Positions 39,436 through 50,100 of a stretch of DNA of 64,000 nucleotides are shown piece by piece. Position 1 is the stretch's first letter; each line of letters opens with the position of its first letter. The DNA is taken from NCBI GenBank assembly GCA_045639565.1, contig JAZUDH010000092.1, positions 29,466 through 93,465 on the forward strand, read 5' to 3'. The notes beneath the pieces were generated by a model. The model had not been told where the DNA came from. It saw only the letters and a program-made list of their open reading frames with translations, and ran no database searches. Origin of the DNA: Lachnospiraceae bacterium. Lineage in GTDB: Bacteria > Bacillota > Clostridia > Lachnospirales > Lachnospiraceae. The position numbers and the translations under genes were made by a program.

Positions 39436-39867
39436 TTATTTATTCTTTAACAAATCTCTAATCTCAGTTAAAAGCTCCTCACTAGTAGGCCCCTTAGGTT
39501 CTTCTACTTTAGGTTCTTCAGGTTTTTTAAGCTTTTCTGACATTTTGTTAAGTGCTTTGGTTATAAAGAATATGCACAGTGCGATGATTAAAAAATCAAG
39601 GATATTCTGAATAAAGCTTCCATATTTAAGCGTTGCAGCAGCTTTAATGACATTACCCTCAGCATCTAAAACCTCAGGACTTAACACAAGTGCTTTATCA
39701 TTAAAATCAACGCCTCCGGTTGCAAGTCCCAGTAAAGGCATCAGGATGTCATTAACTAATGATGTAACAATCTTACCAAAGGCACCACCAATAATAACAC
39801 CGATTGCCATATCCATTACATTGCCTTTAGCAATGAAAGCTTTAAATTCGGACCACGTTTTCTTCAT
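39436..39867 (-). CDS. mscL: Large-conductance mechanosensitive channel
   Basis: Start moved to [34 protein letters not shown] (GGAGGA RBS). This is the canonical MscL N-terminus. Confidence 0.92.
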   Translation of the reverse strand: MKKTWSEFKAFIAKGNVMDMAIGVIIGGAFGKIVTSLVNDILMPLLGLATGGVDFNDKALVLSPEVLDAEGNVIKAAATLKYGSFIQNILDFLIIALCIFFITKALNKMSEKLKKPEEPKVEEPKGPTSEELLTEIRDLLKNK

Positions 39868-39965
39868 AAGGTATCCTCCCAACATATATGTAATTAAGTA
39901 AAAACAATTCGACTACATCAAAGCTGAAATGTTAAATAGTAGTGAATGCTTATACATATTATACA

Positions 39966-41663
39966 CTATTCTTCGGGAAGGAAGAATTCTATTCTGTCAA
40001 AAGCTTTTATAAGTTCTTTTCGTTTTCTTTCTATTTCAATTCGGTCCTGCTTTTCAAGGCATCTGTCAAATTCCATCAATAATGAGTTGATTATCATACG
40101 GTCATTTCCAGAGGATTCTTCATATAATCTCTCGCCTCTGTGAATCACAAGCCGATTTTCTTCTTCATCACGAGGCTTCATTTTTAAATATTTAAGTTTT
40201 TCAAAGCGCTCGTTTACTTCCTCGTCAGAAAGTGTACTTTTTCCACCCTGTATAATGGCTTTTCTAGTAACGCCGGTACTTAACACAGTAACTTCAACTT
40301 GAAGTAAAGAGTTAATATCATAGGTATACGTTATATCGATGCTTTCTTTTCCCTTGGGACCTTTAGGAACAGGGACTGAAATCTCTCCTAACAAAAGATT
40401 GTTGAAAGCCATTCGGCTTTCTCCCTGTAATACCTTAACTACTATTCTTGTCTGACCATCATGTGCAGTAAAGACAGTCTGGGTGCGGCTTACTGGTATG
40501 GTTGTATTTCTTTCTATGATAGGAAGATAATGTCCTGGTTCGTCATATATACCATTAAATTCCATAACCTCTGTTCCAAGTGTGAATGGACAAACATCAG
40601 TAAGCACCACTTCTCTTATTTCTTCGTTTCTTTCCTTCATAGCAGCCTGAATTGATACACCTTCAGCAACCGCAGTATCTGGATCTACATGTACATCTGG
40701 AAATCGTTTAAAAATCTTAGCAACAAAGTTTCTAACAATTGGAAGCCTTGTAGCGCCGCCTACAAGGACAATTCTATCTATATCCTGAAGCCTAACTCCG
40801 GCATCTTTAAGGCTTCTTTCAATAGGTTTACGCATCTTTTCAAGCAAAAATTCCGATGCCTTTTCGTAATCGGCAAGAGAAATTGTTGCTACAAGCTCAT
40901 CACCATTTATGATGACACTCATTGTCTGTTCATCGTTTTCAATATATTTTTTTTTGCATTCTTCAGCAGCCTTTAAAACTCTGTTCATGGTTAGTATATC
41001 TAGAGATTCAGGAGCAACTGCATTTCTTTCAAGAAACATCGTTGCAAGAAGAGACGTAAAATCCTCACCGCCAATAAAGTTATCACCAGCTATAGCATGA
41101 ACTTCCATGATATTTTTATAAAACTCAAGAATTGAAACATCAAAGGTTCCACCACCAAGATCAAAAACAAGGCATCTTTCATCTTTATCTTTATCACCAA
41201 CTCCATACGCAATAGCGGCAGCAGTCGGTTCATTTACAATTCTTACAACATTTAGCCCTGCAAGCTCACCTGCCTGCTTTGTAGCTTTACGCTGATGTTC
41301 ATTAAAATAGGCAGGGACACTAATGATTACATCTGTAACCTCGCACCCTAGATATGCTTCAGCATCCTCTTTTAATGATTTTAAAATAAAGCTTGAAAGC
41401 TCAGCTGGCACAAAACGACGGCCCCCGACCTGATATTCTTTCTCTGTTCCCATGCTTCTTTTAAAAAGTCTTGCTGTATTAAGCGGATGAAGCATTCCGT
41501 ATTCGCGAGCAGTTTCACCTACAAGGACATTATTATCATCATCTATACTTACAATTGATGGGGTAAGAAGCTTGCCAAGTCTATTTGGAATGAGTTTAAC
41601 TTCCCCGTCCACAAAAACAGCTATTTCGCTATTGGTTGTACCTAAATCTATTCCTGCAATCAT
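39966..41663 (-). CDS. Non-canonical Hsp70-family chaperone (HscC-like, 565 aa)
   Basis: Has 'IAGIDLGTTNS', 'VFDLGGGTFDVS' and 'IVLVGGATRLP'. It is shorter than DnaK, lacks the EEVD-type tail, and has no grpE/dnaJ/hrcA neighbours. Confidence 0.9.
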   Translation of the reverse strand: MIAGIDLGTTNSEIAVFVDGEVKLIPNRLGKLLTPSIVSIDDDNNVLVGETAREYGMLHPLNTARLFKRSMGTEKEYQVGGRRFVPAELSSFILKSLKEDAEAYLGCEVTDVIISVPAYFNEHQRKATKQAGELAGLNVVRIVNEPTAAAIAYGVGDKDKDERCLVFDLGGGTFDVSILEFYKNIMEVHAIAGDNFIGGEDFTSLLATMFLERNAVAPESLDILTMNRVLKAAEECKKKYIENDEQTMSVIINGDELVATISLADYEKASEFLLEKMRKPIERSLKDAGVRLQDIDRIVLVGGATRLPIVRNFVAKIFKRFPDVHVDPDTAVAEGVSIQAAMKERNEEIREVVLTDVCPFTLGTEVMEFNGIYDEPGHYLPIIERNTTIPVSRTQTVFTAHDGQTRIVVKVLQGESRMAFNNLLLGEISVPVPKGPKGKESIDITYTYDINSLLQVEVTVLSTGVTRKAIIQGGKSTLSDEEVNERFEKLKYLKMKPRDEEENRLVIHRGERLYEESSGNDRMIINSLLMEFDRCLEKQDRIEIERKRKELIKAFDRIEFFLPEE

Positions 41664-41712
41664 TAGTAATTCCTCAATTTATTAATGTAGTTAGGTGATA
41701 CCTATTCGCCTG

Positions 41713-44700
41713 CTATGATAAGCCCTTCTTTTTAAACCATCTCATATAAGAAGCTAGGAAAAGATCTCCAGGCATTACGTCGTATGCACTTTTAATACTT
41801 TCAAAAGCTTCCTGTTTAGTGCCAAAAGATAAATAATAGAACATTTTAGCAATAGATTCGTCACAGCAGACACAGTATGAGCAGTTGATACAGCGAGGCT
41901 CCTTTAACATTAATTCAAGATATGCTTTGGCCTGATTCTCATCCCCTAATATAGAATAGAGGGTAACAAAAGATGAATAAGAACATCTTGTCTGACCAAT
42001 TTCCGAGGTTTTTCCAGTGTATACTTCAAAAGATCTGAGAAGATCTGTTGCTAAAATTTTAGCTTTTCTTTGCTTGTTAGCAAGATAATAATCCTCGGCT
42101 TCGAGCAAAGATGAATATATATTTTTCTTTTTCACACCCAATTTTGAATTATAAAATCTCTTTATTGACTTGCCTGCCCTTAGCATTTTTCCACTACTTC
42201 TATAAAGAATGTGCCTTAACTGAATGAGCTTTTCGTAATGAACGCTTGCTAAATCTATATCACGCGTTTGGTCATATATAGTATTGGCATTTAATAGCCA
42301 CCTAAACATTGTTAATATACACTTGACCTTTGATCCGCTTAGGAAATAGTACCTACCCTTTATGTCGTAGCTTACTTCTTTAGCTTTAATTCTCGCTTTC
42401 AGTATGCCATAATGGCAAAACCTTAGATGCAACACATTAGCCTTCTCGGCACAGGTAGCATGCATAGAGGCATCATTCTCTAATACAAAAAGAGCCTCGT
42501 CTAATCGATTTTCTCTGGCAAGCAAAGCAGCCTTATGGCCATACAAATGGCTGGGCTTTGTACCGGTATATTTAGCCTCAAGGATAGCTTCATCCAGCAT
42601 TGCTAAAGCTTCATCATATCTTGAGAGGCTTGCAAGGGACATTTTACACATGGTCAGATAATAGATATCGCCTTCTGATACTTCATAGCAATTTTTAAAA
42701 TAATCCAGTGCCTTCTCATACTTACCAAGTCTATAGTATACGTTACCAAGCTTATCTAGTACCTCAAGATCATCTTCGCGTTCTTTGGCTATTTCAAGAT
42801 AATAGTCAAGGGCTTTTTCGTATTCCCTGTAAGGGTATTTAGCATATATTTCAGCAATTGTCCATGTTACGCTTAATGGGTGGTTTGGAAGCTTATAAAG
42901 CTTTAAATAATCCGCTAACGCTTCTTCGAACCTGTTAAGTTTGTATAGCGCCCATGCCTTATACTCAAGAGCGGCAATCTTTCTAGAATCTAACGCGTAG
43001 GCTTTTTCCATGTAGTTTATAATACTTCTATAGCCTACTTCTGGTGGATTGGTTCCAAGCTCAGCTATTAGTGTGCCGTATTCATAGTAAAAGTCTGATG
43101 CCCATAAACGGTCTCTATCAGGTTTAAATTGTTTTTCTATTATCTTATATTCAGTCAATGCTACTTGCTGTTTTTCACTATGGTATCTCAAAATCTGAGC
43201 TTCTATAAATCTAACCTCGAGATTGACACTGATGTCATTATTCTTTAAAAACTTGAGTCTCTCCTTAACCATGTCGTAATTTCTTGTTTTAAGCAAAATG
43301 CGACATTCTAACAGGTAAAATTCAAGGTTTGTCTTGTCATAACTAATCGCTACAGTTATATCATCATAGGCTAATCTGTAATCGCCGACCTCCATTCCAC
43401 ATCTTGCGGCTAAATAGTGGGAAGTGGGTATAAACGGCGCAAGATCTACATATTTTTTTGCATATTCATATGCTTCGCAGTATAGGCTTTCAGAAAGCAA
43501 AAGAACAATAAGCTGTTTGTATGCTTGAGTGTTCTTTTCATCGTCCGCTAAGACCATGTGGCATATTTCTATAGCTTCTGCCCTAAGACCTGTTTCAAAA
43601 TAACAGCCGGCTTTTCTAAGCAAAAATTCATTCTTCCTGGTAAGTGCTCTTTCCGTCTCATGGGTTCCATCGGGCTTTAAATTATCGATAGCGACCAAAG
43701 CCCTGTCTATAAAGCTAAGTGCTTTTTCGTAATCCTTTTCCACAACCGCGATATATGCATTCATGTTGCTATATGAGAACTCGCAATAACCTTCAAGCTT
43801 AGTATCTAAAATATCAGCAGATATTCTTTTGGCACTTTCAAAATCTTCTTTGTAAATATAGGCCCATCCAAGCTCTAACTTAAATAAATTTGAATTAGTA
43901 TGCTCATTAAGTTCCTTTTCGTAGTATTCAATTACCTTATCGCTAAAAGCATTTTTTCTTTCTACTATTTCGTGAAGCAAAATAGCGTTGCCGTTGACCA
44001 TATACATTAGGTCTGTCAGGACATCGACTGCCTCGACGTATTTATTTAGTTTAGCTAATGTGTCAGCAAGAAGAAGCTTGGTACCATAGCTGGATGGTTC
44101 AAGCTCTAGGGATTTTAGACATACTTCATAAGCCTTATCAGGTTGATTAACCATGAAAAGGGTGTAAGCATAATTGTCCAGTATGTAAGTGTCGTCAGGA
44201 TATTCCTGATAGAGATTATCCAATTTTTCAAGATATTCTATCTGCCCCTTGCAGACATAATACTGAGATATGTAAAAATCACCATAAGGATGCTTTTCAG
44301 TAAAGCTACTTAATTTCTCTACAACTTCCGCTGCATCAGCTAATGAAATTTCCTTGCGCTTTGCAAATACCATTAAGTACTGATCTACTTCCAGCCCGTC
44401 AACTCCTGGAGTAAATAGCTCGTAAGGAATATTTTCTCTATATTTACATCCATTAACAATGATGTAATCAACGAAATCATCAGGATACTTTTCTTTAAGT
44501 TCAGGGACTCTACCCAGGAAATCAAACTCTTCATTAAAGTAATCCCATATTTTTTTAGGAAATCTGAAATGATTGAAAAAGAAGGTGATAAGAATATTTT
44601 CTATTTCGGGGCGAGAATCCAGCCCCGTTGCAATATCGGATGTTAATAGATTTTTCCATGAAGAAACATCAATACGCTTCTTTAAATCATTGTATATAGC

Positions 44701-44910
44701 ATCTAAGTCTTTCTTGAAGCTTTCATATTCATCCAAAGGCTCAGATTCTTCTATATCAGCAAGCTTAAGCGCTGTATCATATGCTTCTCTTAAAGCCATA
44801 AATTCTTCAGGCTTTTCTTCGGGATTAACTGACGACAGTTTTTCCCTATAAGCCCTAGTTATAGCCTTCTTATCTTTGGTTTCATCAATACCCAATATAC
44901 TCCAATTCAT
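41713..44910 (-). CDS. Giant J-like-domain / TPR-repeat protein (1065 aa), upstream partner of the Hsp70
   Basis: The N-terminus 'NWSILGIDETKDKKAITRAYREKLSSVNPEEKPEEFMALREAYDTAL' has J-domain helix II/III architecture, but NPE stands in place of HPD. Many TPR-like repeats follow. A C-terminal 'CINCSYCVCC' cluster lies at 41854-41892. Confidence 0.8.
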   Translation of the reverse strand: MNWSILGIDETKDKKAITRAYREKLSSVNPEEKPEEFMALREAYDTALKLADIEESEPLDEYESFKKDLDAIYNDLKKRIDVSSWKNLLTSDIATGLDSRPEIENILITFFFNHFRFPKKIWDYFNEEFDFLGRVPELKEKYPDDFVDYIIVNGCKYRENIPYELFTPGVDGLEVDQYLMVFAKRKEISLADAAEVVEKLSSFTEKHPYGDFYISQYYVCKGQIEYLEKLDNLYQEYPDDTYILDNYAYTLFMVNQPDKAYEVCLKSLELEPSSYGTKLLLADTLAKLNKYVEAVDVLTDLMYMVNGNAILLHEIVERKNAFSDKVIEYYEKELNEHTNSNLFKLELGWAYIYKEDFESAKRISADILDTKLEGYCEFSYSNMNAYIAVVEKDYEKALSFIDRALVAIDNLKPDGTHETERALTRKNEFLLRKAGCYFETGLRAEAIEICHMVLADDEKNTQAYKQLIVLLLSESLYCEAYEYAKKYVDLAPFIPTSHYLAARCGMEVGDYRLAYDDITVAISYDKTNLEFYLLECRILLKTRNYDMVKERLKFLKNNDISVNLEVRFIEAQILRYHSEKQQVALTEYKIIEKQFKPDRDRLWASDFYYEYGTLIAELGTNPPEVGYRSIINYMEKAYALDSRKIAALEYKAWALYKLNRFEEALADYLKLYKLPNHPLSVTWTIAEIYAKYPYREYEKALDYYLEIAKEREDDLEVLDKLGNVYYRLGKYEKALDYFKNCYEVSEGDIYYLTMCKMSLASLSRYDEALAMLDEAILEAKYTGTKPSHLYGHKAALLARENRLDEALFVLENDASMHATCAEKANVLHLRFCHYGILKARIKAKEVSYDIKGRYYFLSGSKVKCILTMFRWLLNANTIYDQTRDIDLASVHYEKLIQLRHILYRSSGKMLRAGKSIKRFYNSKLGVKKKNIYSSLLEAEDYYLANKQRKAKILATDLLRSFEVYTGKTSEIGQTRCSYSSFVTLYSILGDENQAKAYLELMLKEPRCINCSYCVCCDESIAKMFYYLSFGTKQEAFESIKSAYDVMPGDLFLASYMRWFKKKGLS

Positions 44911-45058
44911 GTTTTAACCCCTCCAACGATTATTATACACAATTTGTAGAAGAATATAAAAAAGAAGAATAAATTGTTAAAATATGAATTCATAGCGTAT
45001 AATGGTTAGGGTGCTATGCATTATCAATCTACGATTGAAAAGAATAGGATGGGTGAAA

Positions 45059-45739
45059 ATGGGTAATAACGAAAAAGACACTTCTAAGACTTATGTTGAG
45101 AAAGCTGTTGCGTCTAAGTCGAATAAAGCAATCAGAAGCTTTCTTGATGTATTAATCATTACGGTTATTGTGGTACTTGTAATCGCAGAAATCGTTCTAA
45201 ATATCTATAAGGGAATTGAAAGACACCAGATATCTGAAAAAGAAAAAGAAATCCAAGCTATGATAGAGGATTCAAAGTGGCTAAAGGAAAGAAGCGCTGA
45301 GTGGAATTCTCTGTTTGACAACGGTGAATACGAACAGCTTGTTGAGAACTTCGATGAAGCTAGCAAAGAAAACAAAGTGACATCTGACTACATATATGAA
45401 TCGTTTATCTATCAGTATAAGCGATTTATTGCTGCAGAGACATCTATCGAGTCGTACCTGGCTGAAGGATCATCTCATAGTGAACGAACAACGACATACC
45501 TTTTGTATGATTCCATTAGCTTTGTTCACGGTTATGATTTTCTGCGTCATGATGCAACAGATAAAGAAAAAGAGGTAATTGCCAAGAAGAAACAGATTAT
45601 TATTGAAAAGGCTTCCAAAGCACTTGGAATGACAGTGGAAGAGTATGAAGAGTTTATGCACCAATTTGGCGCACAGGGTGAAACTGTCAGATACACAAAA
45701 TGCAGCGAGATGGCCAAAGAAATGGTAGGTGCTAAATAA
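45059..45739 (+). CDS. Single-pass membrane protein of unknown function
   Basis: Start moved to MGNNEKD. One TM helix, 'FLDVLIITVIVVLVIAEIVL'. First gene of a three-gene overlapping operon. Confidence 0.65.
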   Translation: MGNNEKDTSKTYVEKAVASKSNKAIRSFLDVLIITVIVVLVIAEIVLNIYKGIERHQISEKEKEIQAMIEDSKWLKERSAEWNSLFDNGEYEQLVENFDEASKENKVTSDYIYESFIYQYKRFIAAETSIESYLAEGSSHSERTTTYLLYDSISFVHGYDFLRHDATDKEKEVIAKKKQIIIEKASKALGMTVEEYEEFMHQFGAQGETVRYTKCSEMAKEMVGAK

Positions 45740-46446
45740 TGAAGTGCAGTTATTGTGGACATGATATTAGTAGGCGTGCAGTTTTTTGCTCAAACTGTGG
45801 TGCAGAGATAAAAGAAAATTATAAGGCGGTAGATGATGCCATTATTGATAGCGCTAGCAGGGTTAACACTAAGATATTAAGAATTCTTAGTATAATTTTT
45901 GCTCTGTTACTTGCAATTGGGCTAGTAGTTACAGCATTTGTTTCATTTGGCTATAAGAAATATCATAGGTATGATAGTGATGAAAAATATGCACTGTCAC
46001 ATATCGATGAGCTAAGGGATATTATTGCTGCTGGAGATTATTATGAAATAGATAGATATTACATGAATCATGGCATTTACTTTAGCTATGATAAAGATAA
46101 GGCTGAACACTATAATAGTATAGGTTATAGTGCTTCAAGCATGAAATCAATTATCAATGTTGCGATGGATATTCAGTTTGATAATAACAAATATGGTTCC
46201 ACAGGATCCTCAATGGCAAATTTCTATTCCAATATACGTAATAACATAGAGTCCTCAAGAGAATATAATGATGGATTACTTGCTAAAGAATTTTTTGGCA
46301 ATCTAGAAAGTGATTTGAATATGATTTTGAAAGTATATTTTGGCGTAACAGATGATGAGCTTGAATATTTAAAGAACGGAAGTGTTGCCGAAAATACTAT
46401 TCTATTTGACTCTATAATTAAGGAGAAGACCGATGGCAAAAGATAA
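45739..46446 (+). CDS. Zinc-ribbon single-pass membrane protein of unknown function
   Basis: 'MKCSYCGHDISRRAVFCSNCGAEI' is a CxxC...CxxC zinc ribbon, followed by a TM helix 'ILSIIFALLLAIGLVVTAFV'. Its start overlaps the upstream stop (TAATG). Confidence 0.7.
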   Translation: MKCSYCGHDISRRAVFCSNCGAEIKENYKAVDDAIIDSASRVNTKILRILSIIFALLLAIGLVVTAFVSFGYKKYHRYDSDEKYALSHIDELRDIIAAGDYYEIDRYYMNHGIYFSYDKDKAEHYNSIGYSASSMKSIINVAMDIQFDNNKYGSTGSSMANFYSNIRNNIESSREYNDGLLAKEFFGNLESDLNMILKVYFGVTDDELEYLKNGSVAENTILFDSIIKEKTDGKR

Positions 46447-46852
46447 ACGCAAAAACACATTTGGAACAGTCATGGGTGCTATATGTGGGATACTAATAGG
46501 TGGTTACATAGTTGTGCTTGCAACAGCATCAAACTATTCGCCGTACAAAAATAATTATGACGGAAAGACTTTTCTTAGATATATAAATAGAAATGAATAC
46601 AACATGGTAGTTGAGGGTGCTCATAACGATAGGAGATTTGAGCAAGAAAAGGGGCACGAAACAGAATCCACTAAACAGTTTTACGCCGTGGCTGATTATG
46701 TCGAAGCCGCTTTTATGTATAAAGCGTATAAAGAAGTGGGTAATACAGCTAAAACTGAGGAGTATGCAGCTAAAATTGGCGAAGCACAAAAGGGATTAGG
46801 CAGCCTTGATTTTATCAAGGAAGATGTAAACGAGATACTGGGAATAAAATAG
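46433..46852 (+). CDS. Single-pass membrane protein of unknown function
   Basis: 139 aa with a TM helix 'VMGAICGILIGGYIVVLA'. Overlaps the preceding gene by 14 nt. Confidence 0.65.
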   Translation: MAKDKRKNTFGTVMGAICGILIGGYIVVLATASNYSPYKNNYDGKTFLRYINRNEYNMVVEGAHNDRRFEQEKGHETESTKQFYAVADYVEAAFMYKAYKEVGNTAKTEEYAAKIGEAQKGLGSLDFIKEDVNEILGIK

Positions 46853-46863
46853 CCTATTTCATC

Positions 46864-46892
46864 TTGACATATTCATAAAAAACTACGATAAT
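46864..46892 (+). promoter_or_regulatory. Sigma-A type promoter for the ileS leader
   Basis: TTGACA at 46864-46869, a 17-nt spacer, then GATAAT at 46887-46892. Confidence 0.5.
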
Positions 46893-46898
46893 CACAAT

Positions 46899-47150
46899 AA
46901 TAACTATGACGAAGACAGTAACTTACATGCGTAAGGTTTCAGAGAGTCGGGGATGGTGCGATCCCGATACTGGCATTTAAGTGAATATCACTTCTGAGTT
47001 GCAGCCTGAAAGATATCGAGTAGGCGCTGACGGAGTCCCACCGTTACAGGGGAGGTGTATGAACGTACAAGGGAGTACTCTTAAAAAGGTGGTTAAAAGC
47101 GAGCATATTTTATAGGCTTCGTCCTTTTTAGGACGGAGCCTTTTGTTTTA
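46899..47150 (+). promoter_or_regulatory. T-box leader (tRNA-Ile sensing) with terminator
   Basis: Stem I elements 'cAGAGAGtcggggatGGTGCGAtccc'. A candidate specifier AUC followed by A in 'gaatATCAc'. A T-box-like 'aaaGGTGGTtaaaagcg'. The terminator aggcttcgtcc-ttttt-aggacggagcct plus a T-run lies directly before ileS. Confidence 0.7.
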
Positions 47151-47172
47151 AATTTTGAGGAGGATTTAAAAG

Positions 47173-50100
47173 ATGTACAAGCAGGTACAGACAAGCATGA
47201 ACTTTGTAGAGCGTGAAAAAGAAACTCTTAAGTTCTGGAACGAAAACAATATTTTTGAAAAGAGTATGGAAAACCGCAAGGAAGGTCCTACATACACATT
47301 TTATGATGGCCCTCCTACCGCTAATGGTAAGCCTCATATCGGTCACGTTTTAACCAGAGTAATAAAGGATATGATTCCTAGATACCGTACAATGAAGGGA
47401 TACATGGTTCCTAGAAAAGCAGGTTGGGATACTCATGGACTTCCCGTTGAGCTTGAAGTTGAAAAGCTTTTAGGCTTAAACGGTAAAGAGCAGATTGAAG
47501 AATATGGTATGGAGCCTTTCATTGAAAAATGTAAGGAATCCGTATGGAAATATAAAGGCATGTGGGAGGATTTCTCAGGAACAGTAGGTTTCTGGGCTGA
47601 TATGAATGATCCTTATGTTACATACCATGATGATTATATTGAATCTGAATGGTGGGCATTAAAGGAAATTTGGAACAAGAACTTATTATATAAGGGCTTT
47701 AAGATTGTTCCTTACTGTCCTCGTTGTGGAACTCCTCTTTCTACAGCAGAAGTTTCACAAGGCTATAAGACTGTAAAAGAACGTTCAGCTGTTGTTAGAT
47801 TTAAGTGCGTAGGTGAGGATGCATATTTCCTTGCATGGACAACTACACCCTGGACATTACCTTCTAACGTAGCTCTTTGTGTAAACCCTGATGAGACATA
47901 CGTAAAGGTTAAGGCAGCAGATGGCTATACCTACTATATGGCTGAAGCACTTCTTGATTCAGTACTTGGAAAGCTCAAGACAGAAGATACAGCAGCATAT
48001 GAAATATTAGAAACATACAAAGGTAAGGATCTTGAATACAGAGAGTATGAACCTTTATATGCATGCGCTGCAGAAGTAGCTAAAAAACAGAATAAGAAAG
48101 GACATTTTGTAACATGTGATTCATATGTAACTATGTCAGATGGTACTGGTATTGTACATATTGCGCCTGCATTTGGTGAAGACGATGCTAATGTAGGACG
48201 TAAATATGATCTTCCTTTCGTTCAGTTTGTAAATGGTAAGGGTGAACTTACAGAAGAAACACCTTATGCTGGATTATTTGTAAAGAAGGCTGACCCTGAA
48301 GTATTAAAGGATCTTGATGCTGAAGGCAAGTTATTCGATGCACCTAAGTTTGAACATGAATATCCTCACTGCTGGAGATGCGATACTCCACTTATTTACT
48401 ACGCAAGAGAGTCATGGTACATCAAGGAAACAGCAGTAAGAGATGATTTAATTAGAAACAACAACACAGTTAACTGGATTCCTGAATCAATTGGTAAGGG
48501 AAGATTTGGTAACTGGCTTGAAAATATCCAGGACTGGGCTATTTCACGTAACCGTTATTGGGGTACTCCTCTTAATATCTGGGAATGTGAATGCGGTCAC
48601 CAGGAATGTATCGGTAGCCGTGCAGAATTAAAGGAAAGAAGCGGAATGGATAAGGCTGATACAGTTGAACTCCACCGTCCTTATATCGATGAAGTAACTA
48701 TGAAGTGTCCTGACTGTGGCGGCACTATGAAGAGAGTACCAGAAGTTCTTGACTGCTGGTTTGACTCTGGAGCAATGCCATTTGCTCAGCATCACTACCC
48801 ATTCGAAAATAAGGAATTATTCGAATCACAGTTCCCTGCACAGTTTATATCTGAAGCAGTTGACCAGACTCGTGGATGGTTCCACTCTCTTATGGCTGAA
48901 TCAACCTTGCTATTTAACAAGGCTCCTTATGAAAACGTAATCGTACTTGGTCACGTTCAGGATGAGCATGGACAGAAGATGAGTAAGTCTAAGGGAAATG
49001 CAGTTGATCCATTTGACGCACTTGAAAAGTACGGTGCTGATGCTATCAGATGGTATTTCTATATCAACTCAGCTCCTTGGCTTCCTAACAGATTCCATGG
49101 CGACGCAGTTGTTGAAGGCCAAAGAAAATTTATGGGTACATTATGGAACACATATGCATTCTTCGTACTCTATGCTAATATTGATGATTTTGATGCAACA
49201 AAGTACACACTTGAATATGATAAGCTCCCTGTAATGGATAAGTGGCTGTTATCAAAGCTTAACACAATGGTTAAGGATGTAGATACAAACCTTGAAAACT
49301 ACAGAATTCCTGAAGCCGGTCGTGCTCTTGATGAATTTGTTGATGAAATGAGTAACTGGTATGTACGTCGCTCTCGTGAAAGATTCTGGGCCAAGGGAAT
49401 GGAGCAAGACAAAATTAATGCTTACATGACTCTTTACACAGCACTTGTAACAGTAGCTAAAGCGGCAGCTCCTATGATTCCTTTCATGGCTGATGATATT
49501 TATCGTAACCTTGTATGCTCAATCAATGATAAAGAGCCTATAAGCGTACATTTATGTGACTTCCCTGTATGCAACGATGCTTTAGTTGATGCAGAGCTTG
49601 AAAAGAACATGGATGCAGTATTAAAGACTGTTGTAATGGGACGTGCAGCTAGAAATACTTCTAATATCAAGAACCGTCAGCCTATCGCTAAGATGTTTGT
49701 TAAGGCACCATTTGAACTTAGTGATTTCTACAAGGAAATCATCGAAGAAGAGCTAAATGTTAAGGACGTTGTATTTACTGATGATGTCAGAGAGTTTACA
49801 TCTTACACATTTAAGCCTCAGCTTCGTACTGTAGGTCCTAAATATGGTAAGCAGTTAGGCGGTATCCAGAAGTATTTAGCTTCTGTTGACGGAAACGCTG
49901 CAATGGACGTATTAAAGGATAAAGGAGTTCTTTCTTTTGACGTAGACGGAACAACAGTTGAACTTAAGGAAGAAGATTTACTTATAAATATTGCTCAGAA
50001 AGAAGGCTATGTAACAGAAGCCGACAACGTTGAAACAGTAGTACTTGACACAAACCTTACAGACGAATTGATTGAGGAAGGCTTTGTCTATGAAGTTATT

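Noticed and set aside
39966-41663. Calling the Hsp70 gene dnaK.
   Set aside because: It is about 565 aa, whereas DnaK is about 610-640 aa. It has a different C-terminal region. It lacks the hrcA-grpE-dnaK-dnaJ context. It is paired with a TPR/J-like protein. The housekeeping dnaK is expected elsewhere.
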